In this document: positions 1 to 9,782 of the stretch, piece after piece | Position numbering within the stretch: the first letter of the stretch is position 1 | Layout of the letters: every line of letters starts with the position of its first letter | Source of the DNA: Candidatus Bathyarchaeota archaeon | Lineage (GTDB): Archaea > Thermoproteota > Bathyarchaeia > 40CM-2-53-6 | DNA length: 64,000 bases | NCBI GenBank assembly: GCA_963726255.1 | Contig: CAVSBL010000002.1 | Coordinates: 2,016,001 to 2,080,000, forward strand | Direction: 5' to 3' | Made by a program: the position numbers and the translations under genes | Notes under the pieces: generated by a model | The model's database searches: none | What the model was told of the DNA's origin: nothing | What the model saw: only the letters and a program-made list of their open reading frames with translations

Positions 1-237
1 TACGGATACGTGGGAATACCTGTCGCCCTCATCGCTTCCCTTAATCCCCTAGCAATAATCGGGTCCGCCATATTCTTCAGCGGCATACTAACCGGCACCT
101 ACGGGCTTGAGCTGGCTCACGGAATCCCAATCGACGTTGTCACTGCCGTTTACGGCTTAGTGATGTTCCTAGCTCCTCTAGGCGTTTATTTGAGTCTGGG
201 AAAACGAAAACCAACCCTTGCTAAGGCGAAACAATGA
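1..237 (+). CDS. ABC transporter permease, nucleoside/sugar type (3' part, truncated by window edge)
   Basis: Hydrophobic frame 'GYVGIPVALIASLNPLAII' typical of the C-terminus of NupB-like permeases; overlaps next permease by 4 nt. Confidence 0.8.
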   Translation, partial: YGYVGIPVALIASLNPLAIIGSAIFFSGILTGTYGLELAHGIPIDVVTAVYGLVMFLAPLGVYLSLGKRKPTLAKAKQ

Positions 238-1172
238 ACTTTGACACTTTAGCATCATTCATCGCCATCATGTTAGTGGGCATGGTTCCGAGGGCCATGC
301 CGATTATTTCCGCGGCAACAGGCGAACTGGTAGACCAGAACGCTGGAATTCTGAACCTTGGCGTGGAGGGGCTCATGCTGATTGGGACGATCGTGGGATT
401 CCTTGCGGATTTCTACACTGGGAACGTCATACTCGCCTTTTTCCTAGCGGGATTGTCTGGATTGCTTCTTTCAATGTTGCACGCTTTCGCGAGCGTTTCT
501 CTTAAGGCCGACCAAGTGGTTAGTGGGACAGCTCTCTGGTTCATCGGTTGGGGCCTCTCCGGCGTCATCTACAGAGCCCTATTCAGAAAGTTCCTCGTCC
601 CACCCACAATCAGTCCTCTGGCCCACCTAAACATCCCATTCCTCTCAACGGTTCCAGTTATAGGGCCTATACTCTTCGGGCAAGATGCCGTTGCATATTT
701 CATAATAGCCGTTCTCATAGCTACACACTATTTCCTCTTCCACACCCAAGCTGGCCTCAATCTAAGGGCCGTCGGGGAGGATCCTAGAACCGCGGAAGAG
801 ATGGGAGTAAACCCGAAACTCTACAGGTACGCGGCAACAATGTTCGGAGGTTTCATGGCCGGGATAGGTGGTGCATACTTAGCTATCGCAATTACTGGAA
901 CCTTTTACTATAATCTAACCGCAGGAATCGGTTTCATCGCAGTCGCTCTGATTTATTTTGGCAAGTGGAAGCCTTTTCGAACGCTCTTGGGTTGCCTGAT
1001 CTATGGAACGGTGTATCTGCTGTTCTTGACTATTCAAACACATTTTCAATCAATTCCCTACCAATTCTTCGCAATGTGGCCCTACTTGGCCATATTGATA
1101 ATAATCGCAGCCGTCGCGTCCCGAAGCCGAGCCCCATCTTCGCTAGCAAAACCTTATGAAAAAGGCGAATGA
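234..1172 (+). CDS. ABC transporter permease, nucleoside type (NupC/YufQ-like)
   Basis: GELVDQNAGILNLGVEG, GLNLRAVGEDP and GFIAVALIYFGKWKP motifs; multiple TM segments. Confidence 0.9.
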   Translation: MNFDTLASFIAIMLVGMVPRAMPIISAATGELVDQNAGILNLGVEGLMLIGTIVGFLADFYTGNVILAFFLAGLSGLLLSMLHAFASVSLKADQVVSGTALWFIGWGLSGVIYRALFRKFLVPPTISPLAHLNIPFLSTVPVIGPILFGQDAVAYFIIAVLIATHYFLFHTQAGLNLRAVGEDPRTAEEMGVNPKLYRYAATMFGGFMAGIGGAYLAIAITGTFYYNLTAGIGFIAVALIYFGKWKPFRTLLGCLIYGTVYLLFLTIQTHFQSIPYQFFAMWPYLAILIIIAAVASRSRAPSSLAKPYEKGE

Positions 1173-2716
1173 CCGTGGATGCTCCAATCGTTAGCATGAA
1201 GCAAATAACTAAGACGTTCCCCGGAGTCGTTGCTAACGATCAGGTTAGCTTAGACCTGTTCCCTCAAGAGATACACGTTCTTCTAGGAGAGAACGGCGCC
1301 GGGAAGACGACCCTAATGAACGTCCTGTACGGTTTCTACAAACCCGACAGCGGCGAGGTATTCGTCGACAACAAACCTATACGGATGAGAAGCCCGGTAG
1401 ATGCTCAATCGCTCGGCATTGGAATGGTATTCCAACATTTCTCACTCATTGAAATCTTCACAGTCCTAGAAAACTTCGCGATAGGCCGAAGAGAAGGCAT
1501 GAGGCTGAAACTTTCAGGCCTTGAGGCTAAGGTCAAAGAAGCAGAGCAGCAGTATAACATGCAAGTGGACGTAAACCGCAAGGTCGAGGAGCTAAGCATA
1601 GCCGAGAAGCAAAAGGCCGAGATTCTCAAAATACTCTTCAGAGGCGCCAGAATCCTCATCTTGGACGAACCGACTTCAATGTTGACACCTCAAGAAACCG
1701 AGGCCCTGTTCAAGAACTTGAACACACTCAAGAGACAGGGCAAATGCATAGTTCTGATTACACACAAACTATACGAAATCCTCGAGGTAGCTGACAGGGT
1801 AACCGTCCTAAGAAAAGGGCGAGTTGTCTTCAGGTCTGGCAGGGAGGGATTAACAGCTGACGTACTCGCCGAAGCGGCTATGGGCCAATCTGTGAACCTT
1901 GAGGAATTCAAGAGAGCGGAAGGGAAGGGCAAAGCCTCCCTAGTTGTCAAGGGCCTTTCGGTAAGAGGCGATAGAGGAGAGCGGGCAGTGGCAGGGGCCT
2001 CGTTCGAAATTCAACAAGGCGAGATACTGGGCGTAGCGGGCATAGCAGGTAACGGCCAACGCGAGCTCGTGGAGGCGTTAGCAGGATTAAGGAAAGTCGA
2101 GGAAGGCAACGTGCTGTTCGAGGGCGCAGACCTAGCCAACAAAGGAGTTAGGGAGAGAATCCGGCAAGGCATCAGGTACATACCCGAAGACCGCAAAAGG
2201 CGAGGTGTCGCGATAAACCTCCCTCTCACTCACAACGCCGTCCTACGTGACCATTGGCGTTCCCCCTACGAACAAAATCAAGTGATAAGATTCAAGGCCG
2301 TACGGGAATTTGCTAGGAGAATAATCTCCGAATTCGGCGTCGTAGCCTCATCCGAATCAGCCATCGCGAACGACCTGTCCGGAGGCAATCTGCAGAAATT
2401 CATTGTAGGCCGCGAGTTTCTACGAGATTCACGTTGCATCATAGCCGAGAACCCAACGGCCGGGTTGGATGTGGCTTCGACCAACTATGTGAGGAACCTG
2501 CTGGTCGAATACAGGAATGCGGGGAAAGGAGTGCTTTTGGTCTCCGGTGACTTGGACGAACTGCTCACGATCAGCGACAGAATGATAGTCATGTACAGAG
2601 GCAGAGCGAGTGATTATGTGGAAAGAGGTAACTTCGATAAGTTCAAGATAGGTGCAATGATGCTGGGTGAGAGTTTTCAGCAGCCGCAGGGCGAAGGTCC
2701 TCAGCTCGCGCCTTGA
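1169..2716 (+). CDS. ABC transporter ATP-binding protein with two ATPase domains (NupA/YufO-like)
   Basis: Walker A GENGAGKT, ILILDEPT, LSGGNLQK in the second domain. Confidence 0.93.
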   Translation: MTVDAPIVSMKQITKTFPGVVANDQVSLDLFPQEIHVLLGENGAGKTTLMNVLYGFYKPDSGEVFVDNKPIRMRSPVDAQSLGIGMVFQHFSLIEIFTVLENFAIGRREGMRLKLSGLEAKVKEAEQQYNMQVDVNRKVEELSIAEKQKAEILKILFRGARILILDEPTSMLTPQETEALFKNLNTLKRQGKCIVLITHKLYEILEVADRVTVLRKGRVVFRSGREGLTADVLAEAAMGQSVNLEEFKRAEGKGKASLVVKGLSVRGDRGERAVAGASFEIQQGEILGVAGIAGNGQRELVEALAGLRKVEEGNVLFEGADLANKGVRERIRQGIRYIPEDRKRRGVAINLPLTHNAVLRDHWRSPYEQNQVIRFKAVREFARRIISEFGVVASSESAIANDLSGGNLQKFIVGREFLRDSRCIIAENPTAGLDVASTNYVRNLLVEYRNAGKGVLLVSGDLDELLTISDRMIVMYRGRASDYVERGNFDKFKIGAMMLGESFQQPQGEGPQLAP

Positions 2717-2731
2717 TTCAAGTGGGCTTGT

Positions 2732-4993
2732 ATGAATCGCATTGGCTACAGCGAACCGAGGCTTGACGGAATCTCCAAGGCTTCAGGGAAATTCCGGTAT
2801 GCAGCCGACGTGCTCCTCAAGGATGCCCTCATAGGCAAAGTATTGCGCAGTCCGCTCCCGCACGCAGTAATCAAGAACGTAGACACCTCGCGAGCACTTG
2901 CGCAACCAGGAGTCAGGGCGGTCCTAACCTATCGCGACATAGCCGGCCCGAACCTTTTCGGAGCTGTAATCCCTGACCAGCCAGCGTTATGTCGAGATAG
3001 AGTTCGATACGAAGGTGACGCGGTCGCCGTGGTCGCAGCGGATTCCGAAGAAGAAGCGGAAATGGCTTTGGAGCACATAGACTTTGACTATGAACCCCTT
3101 CCCGTGATTACGAATCCCCAAGAAGCCTTGAACCCCGTAGCCATCAAAATACATGAGAAAGGCAACGTCGCACACCGAGTGGAATACGCAAAAGGCAGGG
3201 CTCAGGATGCCTTCCAAAACGCGGACCTGACGATTTCAGAACGGTATCATACTCCGCGGCAGAAGCACATGTATATCGAAACGGAAGCCGGCTTCAGCGT
3301 CCCAACTAAGAAGGGGGTCGACGTGTATGTGGCCAGCCAGGTGCCTTTCCAGGATAGGTTGCAGATCTGTAGAGCCCTATCGCTGCCTCAAAGTTCCGTG
3401 AGGGTAATCGCGATTGACCCAGGCGGGGCCTTCGGGGGAAAAGAAGAGATTACTGTGCAAATCCACCTCACTATACTGGCGATGAAAACAAAGAAGCCAG
3501 TGAAGATGAGTTGGACACGCGAGGAATCGGGAATATCCGCCACCACGAGGCATCCCATGGACATCGAGTTGAAAACGGGTTTTCGAAAGGATGGAACGCT
3601 ACTCGCAAATGACGCTCGTCTAATCGCGGACACCGGAGCCTACATGTCTTACGGCCCAACAGTTATCGAAGTAGCCGCCGGGGCAGTGAACGGACCCTAC
3701 AGAATCCCACACACCCATGTTGAAGCCCTGAGCGTCTACACGAACAACCCGCCAGCGGGGGCTATGCGAGGGTTCGGTGTAGCCCAAGTCAATTTTGCTA
3801 TGGAGACCCAACTCGACATAGCTGCAGAAAAACTCGGCCTCGACCCGATTGAGCTGAGGAAAATCAATGCATTAAAAGAGGGAGAACCCGACGGAACTGG
3901 CTACGCTCCAATTACGAAGCCACGCTTCATGGAAACATTGGAAACAGCCCAGAAAGTGAACCTGTGGGAAAGCAGGGTAACCTACCGCGGACGGGGAGAA
4001 CGGCCTTGGTTGTTCAGGGGCGTAGGGTTCGCGGCTGGCATGAAGAGTATGGGCTATGGGGCCTTCCCTGAACAGGTCATGGTCAAGGTTCAGCTTACTC
4101 GTGAAGGAGGGTACAGGGTATACACCAGCAACCCGGAGATGGGAAGCGGCACTTCCACTGCTCTCAGGCAGATAGCGGCACAAGCCCTCAACACATCCGT
4201 TTCAAGGATTGAACTTGCCCCGCGCGACACGAAGTACGGTGTCGACTCCGGAGGGTCAGATGCCTCAAGGGTTGTTTACGTTATCGGCAACGCAATAATC
4301 AAAGCCTCAGCCAAACTGAAACAAAGGCTGTTGAAGGAAGCGTCGCGACGTCTGAGGACAAGAGCGGATTCGCTCAAATTGAGCTCCGCAGCCGTGGTTG
4401 GCCGCGGGAAGCGATTAAGCCTCCGCGACTTGGCTCGGACGAGAACTCTAACGGCCACTGCTTGGTATTCCGTTCCCAGGCCGTCTAATCCCCTGCCTGG
4501 TACCATGAGCATTCCTAATCTTCTCTTCTCATTCGCTGCCTGTGTTGCTAACGTGGAAGTCAACACTCTCACGGGCCAGGTGAAAGTGCTCAACCTTGCG
4601 TTCGTTCCCGAGGTTGGGACGGTGATAAACCCGCAAGGATTGGAAGCTCAAATCGAAGGGGGAATGATCCAATCAATTGGCTACGCCCTAATGGAGGACA
4701 TGCAAGTTGACGCGGGGAAAGTTAGGACCCCGAATTTTACCACATATTTGGTTCCAACCATGGAAGATACGCCCAAGCCAGTCGTTGTACCTGTGGCAGG
4801 TGTGCATGAGCCTACGGGGCCCTTCGGGGCCAAAGGTGCCGGTGAACTATCAACGATAGCAGTTCCCGCAGCGATCTGCAATGCTATACACGACGCTGTC
4901 GGAGCCAGAGTCAAAGCGATACCAGCAACGCCCGAACGGGTTTTCACTGCAATCCAAGTATCCCAACACATGCATGAAGACGATTCGGAGTAA
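2732..4993 (+). CDS. Xanthine dehydrogenase family molybdopterin-binding (large) subunit
   Basis: GGAFGGK, GAMRGFGVAQ, QIEGG and GPFGAKGAGE motifs. Confidence 0.92.
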   Translation: MNRIGYSEPRLDGISKASGKFRYAADVLLKDALIGKVLRSPLPHAVIKNVDTSRALAQPGVRAVLTYRDIAGPNLFGAVIPDQPALCRDRVRYEGDAVAVVAADSEEEAEMALEHIDFDYEPLPVITNPQEALNPVAIKIHEKGNVAHRVEYAKGRAQDAFQNADLTISERYHTPRQKHMYIETEAGFSVPTKKGVDVYVASQVPFQDRLQICRALSLPQSSVRVIAIDPGGAFGGKEEITVQIHLTILAMKTKKPVKMSWTREESGISATTRHPMDIELKTGFRKDGTLLANDARLIADTGAYMSYGPTVIEVAAGAVNGPYRIPHTHVEALSVYTNNPPAGAMRGFGVAQVNFAMETQLDIAAEKLGLDPIELRKINALKEGEPDGTGYAPITKPRFMETLETAQKVNLWESRVTYRGRGERPWLFRGVGFAAGMKSMGYGAFPEQVMVKVQLTREGGYRVYTSNPEMGSGTSTALRQIAAQALNTSVSRIELAPRDTKYGVDSGGSDASRVVYVIGNAIIKASAKLKQRLLKEASRRLRTRADSLKLSSAAVVGRGKRLSLRDLARTRTLTATAWYSVPRPSNPLPGTMSIPNLLFSFAACVANVEVNTLTGQVKVLNLAFVPEVGTVINPQGLEAQIEGGMIQSIGYALMEDMQVDAGKVRTPNFTTYLVPTMEDTPKPVVVPVAGVHEPTGPFGAKGAGELSTIAVPAAICNAIHDAVGARVKAIPATPERVFTAIQVSQHMHEDDSE

Positions 4994-5068
4994 GCCTTGA
5001 ACAGCGCCACAAAAGAGAAGAGCAAAGCATATTTCAAAAGCTCAAACTGTGCTTGGCTGAGTTGTTCC

Positions 5069-5538
5069 ATGAAACTACCCACTGAAAATATCGATGAAAA
5101 ATTCATGCGTTTGGCGATTGCCGAAGCCATTGATGCCGCAAGAGAAGGTAATGCACCCATAGGGTCAGTGATCACAAGAAATGGGCGAGTAGTTGCGCGG
5201 GTCACAACCAGGTTTTCACCAAACATGACGTTACCGCGCACGCAGAGATTGTGAGCATTCATAAACTCACCAAACGTACCGGGAGTTTCAATTTGAGTCA
5301 TCATACATTATACTCAACTTTTGAACCCTGCGCGATGTGCATCGTAGCCGTGCTTCGGACGAATATTCCTAGGGTAGCCTATGGTGCGCTAGGAGTGGAT
5401 GCGCCTCAATTCTCAAGCGGGATGCTCCAGCAAGCTAATCGCCGCATCCACGCCCCCGCGAAAAGCAGACTCACATTCGTCCCTGGAATACTGAGGCATG
5501 AATGCGCGCGACTGTTAATGAACGCTACACCGGACTAA
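5069..5538 (+). pseudogene. Nucleoside/guanine deaminase (TadA/GuaD-like zinc deaminase), split by a 1-nt frameshift (possibly a sequencing error)
   Basis: N-half FMRLAIAEA...PIGSVI; adding one G to GGG at 5199-5201 gives ARGHNQVFTKHDVTAHAEI...TLYSTFEPCAMC (HAE and PCxxC motifs). Confidence 0.85.
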
Positions 5539-5571
5539 GGATTGAGGCGAGCCTAAATCGACTTCAGAGGC

Positions 5572-6084
5572 TTATAGTTCGAGCATCATCTCCCACGTGC
5601 GCTTGAAACCGTGCCGGACATAGAGCCTTCTACCCATTGCGCTTGCATGAAGCCAAAGCCCCGTGTACCCGTTCCTCTTCGCCCATTTCACGGCCTCGTC
5701 AACAATCAGCGAGGCCAGGCCTCGTCTACGCCATTTCGGTTCAGTATACATAGAAAGGAGGTAGGGTTGAACTAGGTGTGGCACTCTAGGCCGTGTTATG
5801 GCAGGGCGTAACCACACGATCCCCCCAGCCACAATGTCCTTTCCTTCTGTCTCTATTACCCATCCAACCACTCTCCCATTCCTCAACCGTGGCTGAACCC
5901 AACGCCGAAAGGCTCGGTCGTGCTCGTCCAGTTTGGCCCGGTTTCGCTTACCCATGTCCAGCCACATGCCTCGCCGCTGGTGAACGAGCATGTCAATGTC
6001 GCGGAGCCTCGCACGGCGAAGTTTCACACGAGCTCTCTTTAGGTCCCGGTGTCTAGCGCTACGAACGAGTAACGAGTTATCCAT
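5572..6084 (-). CDS. GNAT family N-acetyltransferase
   Basis: MYTEPKWRRRGLA acetyl-CoA motif A; LHASAMGRRLYVRHGF motif B. Confidence 0.88.
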   Translation of the reverse strand: MDNSLLVRSARHRDLKRARVKLRRARLRDIDMLVHQRRGMWLDMGKRNRAKLDEHDRAFRRWVQPRLRNGRVVGWVIETEGKDIVAGGIVWLRPAITRPRVPHLVQPYLLSMYTEPKWRRRGLASLIVDEAVKWAKRNGYTGLWLHASAMGRRLYVRHGFKRTWEMMLEL

Positions 6085-6391
6085 GGAATAGTCCGGCGAG
6101 ATACATTGAGTAGAACCCGATTAGCGAAGCTATGATATAGACCGGTGCGATGTCTTCGTCAACAAAATTAGGAATCAGTTTGCATTCGACGTAGACAGCA
6201 GCCGCGCCTCCTAACGCAAAGAAGTACGTTGAGTTGATGGGCGTCAAGAGTGCAAGGCCTAACCCCATAACGGTTGGCACTCCCGAAACCAAACCTAGAA
6301 TGAAGATGCCCGTGGTTGTTGACTTAGCAGCGGTCGCAACTGCACCGATGACGAGTCCTTCCAGAAACTTGTGCAGAACATAGGCAACGCT
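6077..6391 (-). pseudogene. C-terminal remnant of a ZIP-like metal transporter
   Basis: The frame of ORF 6077..6292 extends upstream as SVAYVLHKFLEGLVIG (resembles the ZIP HK/HNxPEG metal motif); no start codon, upstream stop near 6407. Confidence 0.55.
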
Positions 6392-7352
6392 CCTGTGAAG
6401 TTTAGCTCACTGGCTACAACTTGCAGAAGCTCGACGGTGCCGATTGCAAGTGCCACAACGACTGAAATGATTGTTACCGTTAGGTGGTAGTAGATTTTTC
6501 GAATGGAATTGATGAAAGCCCAACCGTAAGCGAGCCGCATCGCCACGCCATCGGTTGTATCAATCAGAACCATTCCGCACGTGAACATGAAAGGCAAGAC
6601 TAGGATCATCCAAATTGGGATGGAGGATGAGACGCCAACCCCGACGCTTATTGCGATTAGGGCGATCTCGGTGGCTGTGTCAAAGCCCAACCCGAAAATG
6701 ACTCCGATAGGGTATATCTGCCAAGGCCTCTTGACGATTTTGAATAGAGGCCGGAAATAACGGTTCAAGAACCCTCATTTGTCGAGAAGGTTCTCAAGTT
6801 CAGACGGTTCTAACTTGCCCTGTTTCATGACTTTGTAGATTCGGTAAATGCCAAGAACGATGACAAGGTTGACTATGCCCATCAGCCACAGAAAGACTCC
6901 GGAAACGGTAGTGCCAATTATGGCTCCACCACTCGCCAAGGCAGGTATGTCTCCGATTACCGTTCTAGTTGCGAATACTAGTGCCACGATAAGCGCAACC
7001 ACCACGGTCGAGTGGCCCAACGAGAACCACAATCCGACGGTAAGGGGGGATGCTTGTCTTGTACCAGTTTCCGAGTCGTATTGTCGATCGCCGCTATATG
7101 GTCCGCGTCCACACCGTGGCGTAACCCAAAAACGTAAGTTATGACCCCGAGCCCCGCGAGCAAAACAGAAAATCTACCTACGACAGCGGAAGCTATGAAA
7201 CCGATTAATGTTGCAACGCCAATCAACGAATAAACGATGCCGATCTTGAGCTTCTCATCAAGCGACAGTCCCTCCTTAGAATCTACAACCCCTCTATCGC
7301 TTGACACCTTGAGCGACCGCTCCTTCCTGGTTCGAGGAAACGATGCTTCCAT
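6391..7352 (-). pseudogene. hoxN: HoxN/NixA (NiCoT) nickel/cobalt transporter, disrupted
   Basis: Signatures GLRHGVDADHIAAIDN, FSLGHSTVV and GLGFDTATE; frameshift at G6 run 7044-7049, in-frame TGA at 6775-6777, last TM helix missing after ELNFTG. Confidence 0.88.
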
Positions 7353-7504
7353 AACCTTGTAATTTTCGGTTTCGGCTCACATTCTCATTAGATTCTGATT
7401 CTTGGAGTACAGTCCCGTGAGGCTGCTAGAGAGTTAGGTAACTGTAGGTGACCTCGGGCTGGCAGAAAGCTGCCGTTGAGTTTTAGCTGTCCCGGTGGGC
7501 TTCT

Positions 7505-9490
7505 TCATCTAGAACGCAAGCGGCGTGTTCGGGTGCTAGTGGTTCTTCGCCGAATTACCTTCCTGCCGGATTCGCGTGCTCCTTTTCTCATGAGCAGCCA
7601 CGCAAGTGTGACACCTACGAGTATCCCGAGAGAAGCTGCGAGAATTAGGTAAATCGGCCCGCCGCCAAGCAGTACCGGTGGAGTACCCTGAGACAAGCTG
7701 CTCATCATATTGTTCGCTGTAGACTCGGCTTGTAGAACAGACGCCAACGCCCCTACATAGTCCATTTGATTGTATTTTGTGTCAACGTCTCTTAGTTGAG
7801 TGAGTATCTGGCCTACGTCAGCTCCTCTTTGGGCGAGTTGGTTCATGGTTGATTGGACTTGTTGGTAGATGCTATCCACGTGGGCGCGGCGCAACATGTC
7901 TTTGTCCGCTTGGCCGAATGAATCATCATATGTGAAATAACTCATCGGGGTCAGAATGAAATTTCCTATGGGCCCGAAGTCGAAAGGATGTGGTAATCCA
8001 AGCATGTGGCCCGCTTCATGGATCACGTCATGGGTGAAACCCAAACCTTTGCCCTGTTGGGGCGGGGTTATCAAATCGCCTCTTGCGAACTCGTATTGGC
8101 TGAAAGATACGAAGGCTATGTCGCCTAATGCGACGCCGCCAATCGGAGTAATGAGCCATTTGTCTGTGAAAGCCATAGTCGTTTCATTGCTGAAGGCGAA
8201 TAAATAGACTGGAACAGTGTATCTGGTTCTATCGCGGCGGTAGTTTGGTTCGAAAACATTGATGTTGTCCTGGAAGTATCGGTAAACGGGTCTTCCGTCG
8301 ACAATGCCGTATTGTTGGGGTTGGGCGAATTCAACGCCATACGTGAATGAGTCGGCGTAGTGGTAACTTGAATGAAGCATCGCTTGAAGAGTGGGATATT
8401 TGGCTAGGTCCTCAAAGGTTACGGAGACATCAATCTTGGAATACGGCACTAGGTTTTCGAACGCTTGTTTGACGACGTTGCCGTCTACTGTTGACCGAAT
8501 GTCAACCGCATTCTTTTCGGCTGCAGTTCTGTTGTCAAAGACGTGAATATCGAAACTATATTCTTGTGAATAAACCGGGTCATAGATGAGAGGTGGGGTG
8601 ACTAGGTTCAGCATTGCTTGTGAAGTGTAGTCGGCGAGGTATTCTGAGAACCAGAGCTTCCCGTATGGGCTGTGGAGGTCGTAATTATTGTCTCTGAGCG
8701 CGATTTGGATTGGCAGTTCTTCAGGATATGACGTGAAGCAGGGGCCAGCGCTGAGGTCGTTAAACCAGAATCTATGCACGCCGCCCCAGCCAGACATAAA
8801 ATCGCGGTACCGCAGGTTGTAACCGAGGTCTGTGTCAGTGTAACTGACACCGTAGTAGTGTGCTGTGCCATTGGGCGTCCCATACCTTGACGTTTTCAGG
8901 AAAGCGCTATAGTTTTCAAAATCGTACGAAGGTAGTTGAGTGAGGTTCAACCACATCATCGTCCAGCCATTAGATGGGAAGCCTCCCAAATCCTGCTGGT
9001 TGTTGTAAATCCAGTTCTCAACCTGATTGGCGTCATAAACGACGTAGTTCATAGAGTGATAGCCTTGAGATACGTAGCCCGTGGACGGGTCCTGCTGGTA
9101 ATAGTAGAACCACGGGTTCACGCCTGTCTTCGCTACTTGAATGCTCTGAAGGTATGAAATGAGTTTCGACTTGAACGCGTCGCTTGCGAAGGCGTAAGTA
9201 TAATCTACTTTGTAGACGACGCCGGTCAGGTATGGCTGCGGGGATAAGACTTGCCCGTAGATCGTGGTCGGAATGTTCACGTTCCATTTGCTGTAGTCAA
9301 GGTCAACCGTTGCCGGGTCAATGCCAACAAAGACAACCTTAACTGGAATCGAAACTACACGGGTTCCATTTGCAGCACCGATCGAGCCGCCGATGCCGTC
9401 AAGTGGATGTGTACTGGAATAGACTTGGTTCGGGACGAATAATAGGCCAATGATTGCCAAGCACAATAGGACCAAACAGCTTCTTTTCAA
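7505..9490 (-). CDS. Secreted, membrane-anchored metzincin-type zinc metalloprotease
   Basis: N-terminal signal peptide; HEAGHMLGLPH (HExxHxxGxxH) followed by Met-turn-like TPMSY; C-terminal TM plus basic tail. Confidence 0.72.
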   Translation of the reverse strand: MKRSCLVLLCLAIIGLLFVPNQVYSSTHPLDGIGGSIGAANGTRVVSIPVKVVFVGIDPATVDLDYSKWNVNIPTTIYGQVLSPQPYLTGVVYKVDYTYAFASDAFKSKLISYLQSIQVAKTGVNPWFYYYQQDPSTGYVSQGYHSMNYVVYDANQVENWIYNNQQDLGGFPSNGWTMMWLNLTQLPSYDFENYSAFLKTSRYGTPNGTAHYYGVSYTDTDLGYNLRYRDFMSGWGGVHRFWFNDLSAGPCFTSYPEELPIQIALRDNNYDLHSPYGKLWFSEYLADYTSQAMLNLVTPPLIYDPVYSQEYSFDIHVFDNRTAAEKNAVDIRSTVDGNVVKQAFENLVPYSKIDVSVTFEDLAKYPTLQAMLHSSYHYADSFTYGVEFAQPQQYGIVDGRPVYRYFQDNINVFEPNYRRDRTRYTVPVYLFAFSNETTMAFTDKWLITPIGGVALGDIAFVSFSQYEFARGDLITPPQQGKGLGFTHDVIHEAGHMLGLPHPFDFGPIGNFILTPMSYFTYDDSFGQADKDMLRRAHVDSIYQQVQSTMNQLAQRGADVGQILTQLRDVDTKYNQMDYVGALASVLQAESTANNMMSSLSQGTPPVLLGGGPIYLILAASLGILVGVTLAWLLMRKGARESGRKVIRRRTTSTRTRRLRSR

Positions 9491-9732
9491 ATTATTTCAT
9501 TCCTTTGATTTCAGAACGAGTTCTGACATACCGGAGCGCTAAGACAAACCCAGGTTTCTCCAGCCAAAGGCCAGAGAGTTCAACATAAGAATTGCTCTCG
9601 CCTCTGCTTCTCATATTCTTGGGCCTGTGTAGGCAAGGTTCAACAGCCATCCTACCAGCTGCTAGGTCGCGATGAGTACTTCTCTCGATTTTCAAGCTTC
9701 GACGATGCGTGGAATGAGGGAAAACTAAAATA

Positions 9733-9763
9733 TTAGGATAACCCTAACTTAGGGCATACCTAA
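9733..9763. promoter_or_regulatory. Tandem DtxR/MntR-type operator, two TTAGG-N5-CCTAA palindromes
   Basis: TTAGGATAACCCTAA (9733-9747) and TTAGGGCATACCTAA (9749-9763), 20 nt upstream of a metal ABC operon ending in a DtxR-family gene. Confidence 0.75.
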
Positions 9764-9782
9764 TCCGACGGGAGCATATTTC

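Noticed and set aside
4681-5304. Long antisense ORFs (this one; also 20979..21551, 46652..47236, 47288..47887)
   Set aside because: Shadow frames opposite well-supported genes, with no motifs of their own.
6775-6777. In-frame TGA in the NiCoT gene as selenocysteine or a recoded stop
   Set aside because: The position corresponds to Arg in the expected RG(F/L)LNR motif, not Cys; TGA ends many other genes here, and the gene is also truncated. A nonsense change is simpler.
7435-7452. Direct repeat TAGGTAAC/TAGGTGAC upstream of hoxN as an operator or riboswitch
   Set aside because: Short, not the TTAGG-N5-CCTAA palindrome, and no recognisable NiCo or cobalamin riboswitch motifs.
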